A stretch of DNA of 42,550 nucleotides from a virus (taxonomy: Duplodnaviria > Caudoviricetes): positions 1 through 42,550 of IMG/VR virus record IMGVR_UViG_3300037851_000840; one strand, written 5' to 3'. Positions 8,639 through 17,154 of the stretch are shown here, piece by piece. The notes under the pieces are model-generated. The model had not been told where the DNA came from, made no database searches, and was given only the letters and a program-made list of their open reading frames with translations. Made by a program: the position numbers and the translations under genes. Every line of letters starts with the position of its first letter. The first letter of the stretch is position 1.

Positions 8639-9246
8639 AATTTATGCAGATTGAAACCTGGCCGATTGACCGGATCATCCCGTATCATAAAAACGCTAAA
8701 ATTCACAAGGTTGACCAGATCGCCGCATCTATTCGGGAATTCCGAATAGATCAACCGATTGTGGTGGATCAAAACGGCGTGATCATCAAAGGTCATGGCC
8801 GTTTGAAAGCGGCCAAAAAGCTGGGGTTAGCAGAATTTCCGGTTGTGGTGCGGAAAGACCTGACTGCCGAGCAGGTTCGCCTGGCTAGAATTGCAGATAA
8901 CCGGGTCAGTGAAGGCGGGTGGAACCCTGAACTTTTGCAGGATGACCTGAAATCTCTGTTTCAGGCGAGTCCTTCTTTAGACTTTTCTTCTTTTGGTATT
9001 TCAAATGATTGGCTTAGCCAGTTTGCCTCGGAATCCTCTGTTTTTAATTTTTCGGAGAATTGCAATGAACCTGCTGAAAAAACGGATGAATCCGCGCAGA
9101 AAAAACCGGTTCATGAAATGAAATTGATTCCGATTTTGATGGAATTATCGCCATCTGAATTCAAAAAATGGAAAGAATTGAAAAAAAAATATCAGGTAAG
9201 AACCGATAAAGAATTGATTCTCAAATTGATCGGGGAGGAGTTATGA
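8635..9246 (+). CDS. ParB/Srx N-terminal domain protein
   Basis: IIPYHKNAKIH, PIVVD..IIKGHGRLKAA, RIADNR. Confidence 0.9.
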   Translation: MKFMQIETWPIDRIIPYHKNAKIHKVDQIAASIREFRIDQPIVVDQNGVIIKGHGRLKAAKKLGLAEFPVVVRKDLTAEQVRLARIADNRVSEGGWNPELLQDDLKSLFQASPSLDFSSFGISNDWLSQFASESSVFNFSENCNEPAEKTDESAQKKPVHEMKLIPILMELSPSEFKKWKELKKKYQVRTDKELILKLIGEEL

Positions 9247-10393
9247 TCCGTCCGTATTTTGGGGAATTTTTGGTCTGTCCAATCCCACTACATTTGAACT
9301 TAAATAAATGCAATATTTGGAAGAAATGGACTATAAAGCACTTAAAAACCAGATATATAAATTTCAAGGGCAGAAAACGCATGTGGCAAACCTGCTGAAA
9401 ATGGGTTTTCCTGTTTGTGTTTCTAACACATCGGACCCATTTTGCACTCGCAATGATGACATGTTTTTGCAGGTGCGCGAGTGGTTTGGCAGCAGGCAGA
9501 TCCCGATTGCATATCAAACCAAAGGTGGAAGATATGCGTTTGAAACCCTTGAAAGTCATGCGCCTACTTATGTTTATATCAGCATCACGTCAGATGATGA
9601 CGACCTGCTGAAAAAGTTTGAACCGGGCGCTCCCCGGTATGCCGAGCGCATGGCGCTTGCGAAAATGTGCAAAGAGAAAGGCCATTTTGTTGTGATTGGG
9701 CTCAACCCGTTTGTTCCGCAGTGGTGGTTTGATATTGAAAAGTTTTTGGATGACCTGAACACATCCGGAATCCGCCATATTTGGATGGGGCAAATGCACA
9801 TTCGCAAAAATAAAGTAAAGTTAAAATACAAAGAATATGAAGATTATGGGTCAAAAATTGTCAAACCCGATCAACCCCTTGTGGATTACTGGCATTTCGT
9901 GATGAATCACAATTTTAAGGTTTTCTATCATTCTCAATCTGAAAATCATGATTTTTGGAATGAATATTTCAACCTTTTACCTTGGTTTCCAACCATTGAT
10001 GAGTTTTTCGGCATCTGTCAAAAACAACAGCAAAGAACCGGAAAACCTGTTGCCTATACCGTTGATGACTTCATGAAATACCTCGGTTTTTTTGCAGAAT
10101 TGCCATTCAAAAGCCGGTTTTTCAGCTACCTGAACAATCAAGGGCAAACCCTGCGAAAAAACTTCGTTAATAAGATTTCCAGCACGCGGCAAATGGTTGA
10201 AATATTGTTTGATGTGCTGGAATATCTTTTCAGGTTTTGTAAAGACCAAACCTATGTTTTAGTTGAAAATCATGATGCGAATGATCCCGTTTTAGATGAG
10301 GATTGTAATTATATTTTGGTATATGATGATAATTGCAGAGATGGCGAGTTTACCCGGTTTGTCAAAGAGGTTGTTTTTTTAGAAAGGGGGTGA
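9243..10393 (+). pseudogene. Radical SAM-like (SPL-type) protein with N-terminal frameshift and missing Cys motif
   Basis: GAGGAG RBS and ATG at 9243 give MIRPYFGEFLVCPIPLHLNLNKC, then the frame switches to the 9308 ORF with SNTSDPF, YQTKG, SITSDD, FEPGAP; no intact CxxxCxxC. Confidence 0.6.
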
Positions 10394-10398
10394 TGAAC

Positions 10399-10554
10399 AT
10401 GGCAGGCGAGGATGGAGCATGGTCAAATGGCAAGTTTTTCAGTATTAAGAAAAACCCCGGCGCAGTAATGGCAATCAAAACAGGCAGAGCGAATAAGGCA
10501 AAGCAAAAACTGGATAAAGCTCTCAATCGGCAAAAGAAAAAAGATTTAGGTTAA
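10399..10554 (+). CDS. Small basic protein (51 aa)
   Basis: MAGEDGAWSNGKFFSIKKNPGAVMAIKTGRANKAKQKLDKALNRQKKKDLG after a GGGGGTG RBS. Confidence 0.6.
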   Translation: MAGEDGAWSNGKFFSIKKNPGAVMAIKTGRANKAKQKLDKALNRQKKKDLG

Positions 10555-10571
10555 GCTGTGCGTCAACCGAA

Positions 10572-10648
10572 TTCGTTCCTGCTCGGAGGGGTGGGAACGA
10601 AACACTGTCTTGAACCTGGATTCACAGGATTAAAGGATTTCCAAGATT
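10572..10648. repeat. REP-like hairpin plus 9-bp periodic repeat
   Basis: TTCGTTCC..GGAACGAA, then GGATTCACA GGATTAAA GGATTTCCA AGATT. Confidence 0.55.
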
Positions 10649-10653
10649 AAAAA

Positions 10654-11280
10654 GTGGATGACTTCCTTAAAGGCATTTTAAACCGGGCAGGCGGTGAAAT
10701 CGTAGGTTTGTTCGATGATTCGGAAAAAGAACCGGATCAACCGGATTTCCCTACCCTTTCTCATGTATTGCGGTTTTTGAGAGAGAAGGGGTATAAGGTT
10801 AAGAAATCAAAGCTATATCAAGATCGTAAAAAGGGATTGATCGAGGTTCGGCCAGATGGTTCGGTTTCTGGCAAGGCGGCTTTGGCGTATGCTGCCAGTT
10901 TGGAAAAAGAAGGAGGTGATCGGTCTGATATTCTTTCTGAAAATGCAGATCGAAAGTTTCAGGCAGAAATTCATAAAATCGTTGAACAAACCAAATCTAT
11001 TACCCTGCAAAGAGAGATTCTGGAAGGCAAATATATCCCCAGAACCGATGCCATTCGGCAGCGTGTGGATCAAATCACGGTCATTCAACTGAACCTTCGC
11101 AGTTGGATTGATCGCAAAGCCGGAGAATGGCGGAAATTTGAGGGAGCGGAAAAGGCGTTTAAGATCATGATTCATGATCAGCTAGATCAGGTTTTCAATG
11201 ACCTTGCAAAATCCGACAACTTCCGGGTTGAATATTTCGATGAAACTGAAGAGGGTGATGATGAAAAAAATGACTCATAA
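10654..11280 (+). CDS. Probable terminase small subunit (Nu1-like)
   Basis: HTH-like N-terminus, coiled coil, REILEGKYIPR; upstream of the GpA terminase. Confidence 0.7.
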   Translation: MDDFLKGILNRAGGEIVGLFDDSEKEPDQPDFPTLSHVLRFLREKGYKVKKSKLYQDRKKGLIEVRPDGSVSGKAALAYAASLEKEGGDRSDILSENADRKFQAEIHKIVEQTKSITLQREILEGKYIPRTDAIRQRVDQITVIQLNLRSWIDRKAGEWRKFEGAEKAFKIMIHDQLDQVFNDLAKSDNFRVEYFDETEEGDDEKNDS

Positions 11281-11518
11281 GTATGTATGGAAAAACAACG
11301 AGAAGCGAAAAACTCTTTTCAACCGGGCTTGTGTAGTTTTGAATCGTGGCAAAATGAATAGTATTTGCATAGAATTTGAAAACGGGCGCCGTGAAATTGT
11401 ATCTCGATATTCAGTTAGACGCATTAAAAACGATTCATGTACCAGTTAGATCAGGTTTTCAATGACCTTGCAAAATCCGACAACTTCCGGGTTGAATATT
11501 TCGATGAAACTGAAGAGG
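11183..11518 (+). repeat. 72-bp direct repeat (11183..11254 = 11447..11518)
   Basis: TAGATCAGGTTTTCAATGACC...GAAACTGAAGAGG present twice, 264 bp apart. Confidence 0.93.
11258..11449 (+). CDS. Small hypothetical protein between the repeats
   Basis: ..HKYVWKNNEKRKTLFNRACVVLNRGKMNSICIEFENGRREIVSRYSVRR; start uncertain. Confidence 0.65.
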   Translation: MMKKMTHKYVWKNNEKRKTLFNRACVVLNRGKMNSICIEFENGRREIVSRYSVRRIKNDSCTS

Positions 11519-11530
11519 AGGAGTTTTTAG

Positions 11531-11830
11531 ATGAGAATTTATAAATATACTATTGATATTACTGAACCATATAGCTCTATTGAAGGGTTGATTTATAGAG
11601 AGATAAGGCTTCCTATCGGGTCAAAAATTCTTTCAATTGGTTATCAAAAGACTTTTTTTTCAATATGGGTTTTGGTTGATGAAAATGTTGTAAACTTTGA
11701 ACAAAAGAAAGTTTTTTTTATCGAAACGGGTCAAGTGGTTCCTGAGTGGATTCAATTCGAACATTTTAAGGGGACATTTCGGAATGATCCATCGTCGGGC
11801 AGCTATATTGAGCATGTTTTTATAGTTTAA
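11531..11830 (+). CDS. Hypothetical phage protein
   Basis: MRIYKY..LPIGSKILS..IWVLVD..ETG..HVF pattern, common in small phage proteins; GAGGAG RBS. Confidence 0.7.
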   Translation: MRIYKYTIDITEPYSSIEGLIYREIRLPIGSKILSIGYQKTFFSIWVLVDENVVNFEQKKVFFIETGQVVPEWIQFEHFKGTFRNDPSSGSYIEHVFIV

Positions 11831-13740
11831 TGCGTTTACCCCTTCCACCATTCGTTTCTCCGTCTCTTCATCCCCTTTTGCTCGATTCTGGCAAGCAGAA
11901 GTTCGCCTTTTCCCGCGCCGAGCGCAAGCTGATGCGAAAACGGAAAAAGGTTGCGCCGTCGGAATGGGCTGAACGGCATCGAGTGCTTACGATGTCGAAT
12001 CTCAATGGGCCTTGGAGGAATGATACCGTGCCATACCTTGCTGACATTATGGACGCGGCCGATTTTGACAGCGTGGAGACTGTGAGCATCTGCAAAACTC
12101 CGCAGACCGGGGCCACCGAAATGGCCTATACCCTTGCGGGCGCGTGGGTAGATCAGGCTCCGGGGCCTGTGCTGTTCGTGTTTCCAGATAAATCCACCTG
12201 CGCGGATAACTCACGGGATCGGCTGATTCCTATGCTGAAATCATCCCCCCGGCTTCGTTCTTTTCTCACGGGAGCGGAGGATGATCTTGCCCAATACCGC
12301 ATCAAGTTGATCCATACGATTATCTATATGGCGTGGAGTCATTCTGCTTCCGCTCTGGCCAATAAACCCATCCGTTATTTGATTTTGGATGAAACCGATA
12401 AATACCCAGATACAGCAGGCCGGGCTGAAACTTCACCCGTCCTTTTGGCTGAAAAGCGCACAACCACCTACCGGACGTCCGGTAAAGCCAAAATTCTAAA
12501 GCTGTCAACCCCTACAGAAGAAAGCGGAGAAATTTGGAAATCAATGAATGACAGCGAGGCGGTTTTTGATTATGCGGTGAAGTGCCCATTATGCGGGCAT
12601 TCTCAGAAGATGATTTTTGATCAGATCAAGTTCCCCAAAGACGAACGAGATCCAAAGGCCATTGAATCGAAAAAATTGGCGTGGTACGAATGCGAAAACT
12701 GCGCGGCAAAATGGGATGATTCCATCCGGAATTCCGCAGTCCGTGCAGGTCAATGGGTCGAGCGAAAAACCGGAAAAGAGTTGTTTGCTTTTCTGAAATC
12801 TGACCACCCTAAAACCATCGGATTCCACATACCGGGTTGGATTTCTCCGTTCGTTTCGCTTTCAACATGTGCGGCCAGTTTTTTGCGCGGGTTGAAAGAT
12901 GTCAACGAGCTAAAAGACTTCATGAATTCCATCAAGGCCGAACCTTGGCGGATTTATGAGTTTGAGCGGGCAGAGAGCTTTATCGAGCGGTTGAAAGATG
13001 ATCGTCCGTTCGGGGTCGTGCCGTCCGGATGGGTTGTGTCTGCCCTGGTTGCAGGGGTTGACACCCAGAAAGACGGGTTCTGGTACGAAATTCGAGCGTT
13101 CGGTTTTGGGGAAAGCCTGGAATCATGGCAGGTGCGGCAGGGTTTTGTGGATTCGTTTCAGGCGCTCGCGCAGGTGCTTTGGGGATCAGATTACAAAACA
13201 GCATCTGGCGAGATATATCACGTTCGTCTTTCAATCATAGATGCAATGGGAGACAAGACTGCGCAGGTCTATGAGTTTTGCCGTAAGTATCGCGGGTTGA
13301 TTTTGCCGTCTCAGGGCGTTCAGCGGCTGGCCCAGCCCGTAACCTATTCTTCTGTGGAGTTCTTTCCGGGTACGAAAAAGCAGATTCCCGGCGGGTTAAA
13401 GTTGATCCGCTTTGACAGCAATTATATGAAAAACCTGCTGTTGAGTAAGCTGAAGGTTGAATCTGGCGATCCGGGCGCGTGGCATATGAGCGCAGACATG
13501 ACTAGAGACTGGGCGCAGCAGATGTGCTCTGAAGTCATTGAGGATGGCGTCTGGGTTGCACGTCCGGGCCGTCCAAATCATGGATGGGATTGCAGCGTAT
13601 TAGAGTTGGTGGGGTGTGAGATTTTGGGGTTGAAATATCTCAGTCAAAACCCAGTTCAACGCGCTCAAAAGCCGATACAAGAGGCGTTTTCTGAAGAAAA
13701 TCCGTACACGGGGGGAAGTTCATGGGCGGAAATGCTCTGA
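11830..13740 (+). CDS. Terminase large subunit, lambda GpA family
   Basis: PSEWAERHR, QTGATE, ILDETDKY, LSTPT, CPLCG, GVDTQKD, NHGWDC. Confidence 0.95.
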   Translation: MRLPLPPFVSPSLHPLLLDSGKQKFAFSRAERKLMRKRKKVAPSEWAERHRVLTMSNLNGPWRNDTVPYLADIMDAADFDSVETVSICKTPQTGATEMAYTLAGAWVDQAPGPVLFVFPDKSTCADNSRDRLIPMLKSSPRLRSFLTGAEDDLAQYRIKLIHTIIYMAWSHSASALANKPIRYLILDETDKYPDTAGRAETSPVLLAEKRTTTYRTSGKAKILKLSTPTEESGEIWKSMNDSEAVFDYAVKCPLCGHSQKMIFDQIKFPKDERDPKAIESKKLAWYECENCAAKWDDSIRNSAVRAGQWVERKTGKELFAFLKSDHPKTIGFHIPGWISPFVSLSTCAASFLRGLKDVNELKDFMNSIKAEPWRIYEFERAESFIERLKDDRPFGVVPSGWVVSALVAGVDTQKDGFWYEIRAFGFGESLESWQVRQGFVDSFQALAQVLWGSDYKTASGEIYHVRLSIIDAMGDKTAQVYEFCRKYRGLILPSQGVQRLAQPVTYSSVEFFPGTKKQIPGGLKLIRFDSNYMKNLLLSKLKVESGDPGAWHMSADMTRDWAQQMCSEVIEDGVWVARPGRPNHGWDCSVLELVGCEILGLKYLSQNPVQRAQKPIQEAFSEENPYTGGSSWAEML

Positions 13741-13943
13741 TTGCTCTATATGCAAAATATCGAGAAATGGCCAGGCAAGGGGTTGAATACCGGCTGAAAG
13801 GCGGAGCGTCTTGCCCTGCGTGCGGGCGACGCCTTCGGGTGTATGCCAGCAATGGGTCGGGCGTGAAATATTGCAAATGCAAAAATCCAACTTGCTTCAT
13901 TAGCAAGCTGGATTTTTCTGTGAAGGCGGTGGAGCAAAATTAA
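13722..13943 (+). CDS. Ogr/Delta-like zinc-finger protein
   Basis: CPACG..VYAS..YCKCKNPTC..KAVE. Confidence 0.65.
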   Translation: MGGNALIALYAKYREMARQGVEYRLKGGASCPACGRRLRVYASNGSGVKYCKCKNPTCFISKLDFSVKAVEQN

Positions 13944-14006
13944 AGATTTGTATTTTGGGGGTTAGGCTCTTGCGTCCGGCACCTGGCCTTTTGCCGCCCC
14001 TCGGCA

Positions 14007-14654
14007 TCAGTCCTCCACCACAAGCACGTCGCCATCTTCATCCATTCTAAATGAGAATGAATTGAAGAAACTCTCTGCTTTCTCCCTTATATATTCTGCC
14101 TCTTCAATAGTCTCTGGATATTTAAACCCTTGAGACAAATCCACAGCCGCAGAAATCCCGTCCCATCTGGGATTTAATGCCGTATATAGTTCTTCGCTTG
14201 CTGGGAATAATTCGCAAAAATTTTTCCAAAATAAACTTACCATCCCATCAAAATTTTCAATGCTGTGCCCCCATTTTTCCTCTAATTGGCAGGAGCTTTT
14301 CTCTATCATCAAATCATCCCTATGGTTTCTGAGTTTTCGATAGAATTCAGAGCCTTCCCTGCCAAGATATTTCAATATATTGAGAGTATTCTGGACTTCA
14401 TCCAAGTCAGAATTATCCCCAGATGCCAGCAATGCTTCCCCATATTGGTCCTTAATTGATTCTTCAAAATTTTCTGCGTCGCGATATGACTCTATAAAGG
14501 CTTCGTCTTCCGCGAAACTAAAAGTGTAGATTTCGTCGCTGCCCTCGATCTGATAAATATAATCCCCATATTCCTCATTTTCGTACCTAAACATTTCGCC
14601 GACTTCTTCTAGTATATCGGCTGCCATTGCCGCCCTGACTATTGATTTATGCAT
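14007..14654 (-). CDS. Acidic hypothetical protein
   Basis: 215 aa, strongly D/E-rich, AAAGGG RBS. Confidence 0.75.
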   Translation of the reverse strand: MHKSIVRAAMAADILEEVGEMFRYENEEYGDYIYQIEGSDEIYTFSFAEDEAFIESYRDAENFEESIKDQYGEALLASGDNSDLDEVQNTLNILKYLGREGSEFYRKLRNHRDDLMIEKSSCQLEEKWGHSIENFDGMVSLFWKNFCELFPASEELYTALNPRWDGISAAVDLSQGFKYPETIEEAEYIREKAESFFNSFSFRMDEDGDVLVVED

Positions 14655-14770
14655 AATTTTTCCCTTTCTATTTTGAGTTTTTTTGCCTCAGCACCATGCC
14701 TCAGCTTGATGACTTGAATCTAATCTCTCTTTTTTCAAAGAAAGATTCACATTTCATCTTTTCATAGATT

Positions 14771-15046
14771 TTATTGCTGTTTTGATATTACCCCCTTTCT
14801 GCCTCTGGTTTCTGGGCGTGTTTGGAGATATTCGATGGCTTTCGGCGAATACCTCCATTCTCTGCCCTTGCGCTCTGCAAGTCCGGCGGCTTGCAGTTCT
14901 AAATTATGGTGCCGGATTGCCTCTTTTCGCAGGCCGACTGCGTCGCCTAATTCTTGACTTGTGAGGACGCAGTCGGTTTTTGCTGATTGCAGGGCGGTTT
15001 TGATGCCTGCAATCTGTTTTTCGATTCTGGATAATGACAATGACAT
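14771..15046 (-). CDS. Winged-HTH-like DNA-binding protein
   Basis: LTSQELGDAVGLRKEAIRHH; C-terminal RGRKG; probable start MSLSLS at 15046. Confidence 0.65.
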   Translation of the reverse strand: MSLSLSRIEKQIAGIKTALQSAKTDCVLTSQELGDAVGLRKEAIRHHNLELQAAGLAERKGREWRYSPKAIEYLQTRPETRGRKGVISKQQ

Positions 15047-15077
15047 ATTTGTTATCCCTTTCCATTTTTTGGGTTTT

Positions 15078-15147
15078 GGTACTCTCTGAATCTTCTTTTT
15101 CAAGAGGATTCAGAGAGTACCTGAACTGTTTCGAGGTACAGTTCAGG
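15078..15147. other. Two adjacent hairpins in a leader
   Basis: GGTACTCTCTGAATC/GATTCAGAGAGTACC (15 bp) and CCTGAACTGT/ACAGTTCAGG (10 bp). Confidence 0.7.
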
Positions 15148-15224
15148 ATAAGAAACCTGGAATCTTGCACCGGCGCTCATGTTGGCGGCGGTGTGGGGTG
15201 CCTCCCATTGTTTTGTTGAAAAAA

Positions 15225-15272
15225 AATATAATATAGAAAAAAAGGTTTGTCAAGGGAAATTTTTCATGTCAA
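15225..15272 (-). promoter_or_regulatory. Repeated promoter module 3
   Basis: TTGACA-17-TATATT with a second TTGACA 19 bp upstream. Confidence 0.85.
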
Positions 15273-15466
15273 ACATTTTTTTGTTTTTTATTTTTTTTCA
15301 TTACATCTGCAGGAGATAGGGTTTTAAACAGGTTTCTTTTTTTATCAATCATATAAATTTCAGTTGAATTTTTTGGTAGCCAATAAGCGACTTCATCTTT
15401 TATGAAGGTAAAATCACCATTTGAGCTTTTAGTGGCAATTTGTTTGAATTTTTCTATTGCTTTCAT
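15269..15466 (-). CDS. Small hypothetical protein
   Basis: 65-aa ORF in the AT-rich island. Confidence 0.6.
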   Translation of the reverse strand: MKAIEKFKQIATKSSNGDFTFIKDEVAYWLPKNSTEIYMIDKKRNLFKTLSPADVMKKNKKQKNV

Positions 15467-15472
15467 TATTAT

Positions 15473-15694
15473 TCAATCCTTTTTTTGTAACATATCAATC
15501 TTAATTACATACTTTTCACTTTTTTTGTCAATAGAATAAAGTCCTTTTGAAAATAAATCAGCTGTTGCCTGCGCCATGACTCCCATTTGCAGGATTGCTT
15601 TTCTTTTATACCAGCTATCTCTTGATATTTTTCCGTTTTGATATAAAACATCCAGAACATCATATATTGTTTCTAATTTAATGGTTTTTTTCAT
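15473..15694 (-). CDS. Small hypothetical protein
   Basis: 73-aa ORF, AAGGA RBS. Confidence 0.65.
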   Translation of the reverse strand: MKKTIKLETIYDVLDVLYQNGKISRDSWYKRKAILQMGVMAQATADLFSKGLYSIDKKSEKYVIKIDMLQKKD

Positions 15695-15744
15695 TTTGTT
15701 TTTTTTCCTTTTGGTTTTGGGGAGGGTGTCCCTCCCCTTTTTGC

Positions 15745-15918
15745 TTATTCCGTGCAGTTTTCCAGCATTTCTTCGAATTCAGGGAAGTTTTTTTCGATAG
15801 CTGCGATTTTTTCACATAATGCGTTGAATGCTTTCATTTCGCTTTCGATATAGACAGATACATTTGATTTTAACATTTTAGCCATTAAGTTTTGATATTC
15901 TTCAAAGTTTTTATTCAT
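15745..15918 (-). CDS. Small hypothetical protein (57 aa, not in the ORF track)
   Basis: GGAG RBS; MNKNFEEYQNLMAKMLKSNVSVYIESEMKAFNALCEKIAAIEKNFPEFEEMLENCTE; first gene after promoter module 2. Confidence 0.65.
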   Translation of the reverse strand: MNKNFEEYQNLMAKMLKSNVSVYIESEMKAFNALCEKIAAIEKNFPEFEEMLENCTE

Positions 15919-15977
15919 TTTTACTTTCTCCGTTTCGTTTTTGGTTTGTTTTTCCCTACCGTCATTTTGTTGACCTC

Positions 15978-16025
15978 AATATAACTCACAGAAAAACTTT
16001 TGTCAACAAAAATATTTCATGTCAA
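15978..16025 (-). promoter_or_regulatory. Repeated promoter module 2
   Basis: TTGACA-17-TATATT with a second TTGACA 19 bp upstream. Confidence 0.85.
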
Positions 16026-16103
16026 AATAATTTTTTTTAATGGTCTTGAACTATGATTTGAATGATTGCTTTGAAAACTATGATTTCATGATCATGCAAA
16101 CAA

Positions 16104-16400
16104 TTAGAAGGGGGAATTAGAGATAAAACCTTTATCTTTTGCCATAAAATCAATTTCTTTTTCGATCATTCTTGAAAATTTTGATGAATTCAAAAAAGAA
16201 ATTCTTGCTGTGCTTTCTTTTGTTTTTTTCAATTTTCCTTCTCTTGTTTTTATCCAATTTTTTGCAGCAAGTTTATTTTCATTATTTTTCATTTCCTTTA
16301 TGATTTTTTTTGCTTCTGCGATATTTCCATCATTCATATTTTTTGAGAATGTTCTCCATTCTGCTTGATTTCTGGTCTCATATTTTTTTTGTTTAATCAT
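16104..16400 (-). CDS. Basic hypothetical protein
   Basis: 98-aa Lys-rich ORF, AAGGG RBS. Confidence 0.6.
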   Translation of the reverse strand: MIKQKKYETRNQAEWRTFSKNMNDGNIAEAKKIIKEMKNNENKLAAKNWIKTREGKLKKTKESTARISFLNSSKFSRMIEKEIDFMAKDKGFISNSPF

Positions 16401-16441
16401 GATTTTTTCCCTTTCATAGTCAATCAGTTAATCATTTTCAT

Positions 16442-16633
16442 CTATATTATTTGCGCCATGCTATCGGTTATATAAAGATTTTTTATTCCTATTCTTGTCA
16501 ATAAACTACTTGCGCAGTCAACATAAACACCTAAATTATCAATTATGATTATATTTTTGTTGATTTTTATGGTTACGTGTTTGTATCCCTTTTTTTCAAT
16601 TTCTTTTTTAATTTCATTTCTAAGATTTTTCAT
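16442..16633 (-). CDS. Small hypothetical protein
   Basis: Start MKNLRNE after AAGGA; downstream of promoter module 1. Confidence 0.6.
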   Translation of the reverse strand: MKNLRNEIKKEIEKKGYKHVTIKINKNIIIIDNLGVYVDCASSLLTRIGIKNLYITDSMAQII

Positions 16634-16681
16634 TGCTTTTTCCTTCTTTGGGGTTGTTTTTTCGTTCATCGTTATGGCGAG

Positions 16682-16729
16682 AATATACATCTTGAAAAAA
16701 GGTTTGTCAAGTGAAATTTTTCATGTCAA
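16682..16729 (-). promoter_or_regulatory. Repeated promoter module 1
   Basis: TTGACA-17-TATATT with a second TTGACA 19 bp upstream. Confidence 0.85.
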
Positions 16730-16862
16730 AAAAAATTTTTTTTTAATGGTCTGAACCGCAGATGGCCATCATGGAAACCTGTGGTCAAATTTAATCTGCC
16801 TTTCTTTTCCCCTTCCTTTTTATAGTCAGTTCGTTATTCCAAAAATTTTAAGTTTAAAAAAT

Positions 16863-16923
16863 GTAGTAATTACTTTAGGTAGTAAATACGTCTTTGACTT
16901 TGCTATATTTTTTTTGATATTTT
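16863..16923 (+). promoter_or_regulatory. Putative late promoter with upstream direct repeat
   Basis: GTAGTAATTAC / GTAGTAAATAC (16863, 16879), then TTGACT-18-TATTTT before gpW. Confidence 0.45.
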
Positions 16924-16929
16924 TTCAGC

Positions 16930-17154
16930 ATGACAACCATCAATGAGCTTCAATCTGAAATATCTCTCCTCAAGGCGGCCCGTGAAAAAATTTTGACGGG
17001 CGGGCAATCTTACACGATCAGCGGGCGCACCTTTTTAAGAGGCGACCTTAAAATCCTATCAGATGAAATTCGATTGCTGGAAATGCGGCTGGCAATGGCC
17101 AGCGGAGCTTCGCCCTTGCAATCTTCAATTGTTGAATTTGGAGTCAGAGCATGA
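16930..17154 (+). CDS. gpW-like head-to-tail joining protein
   Basis: ILTGGQSYTISGRTFLRGDL; precedes the portal. Confidence 0.85.
   Translation: MTTINELQSEISLLKAAREKILTGGQSYTISGRTFLRGDLKILSDEIRLLEMRLAMASGASPLQSSIVEFGVRA

Noticed and set aside
11183-11518. Diversity-generating retroelement TR/VR pair
   Set aside because: Copies are identical with no adenine-specific changes, and there is no reverse transcriptase in the window.
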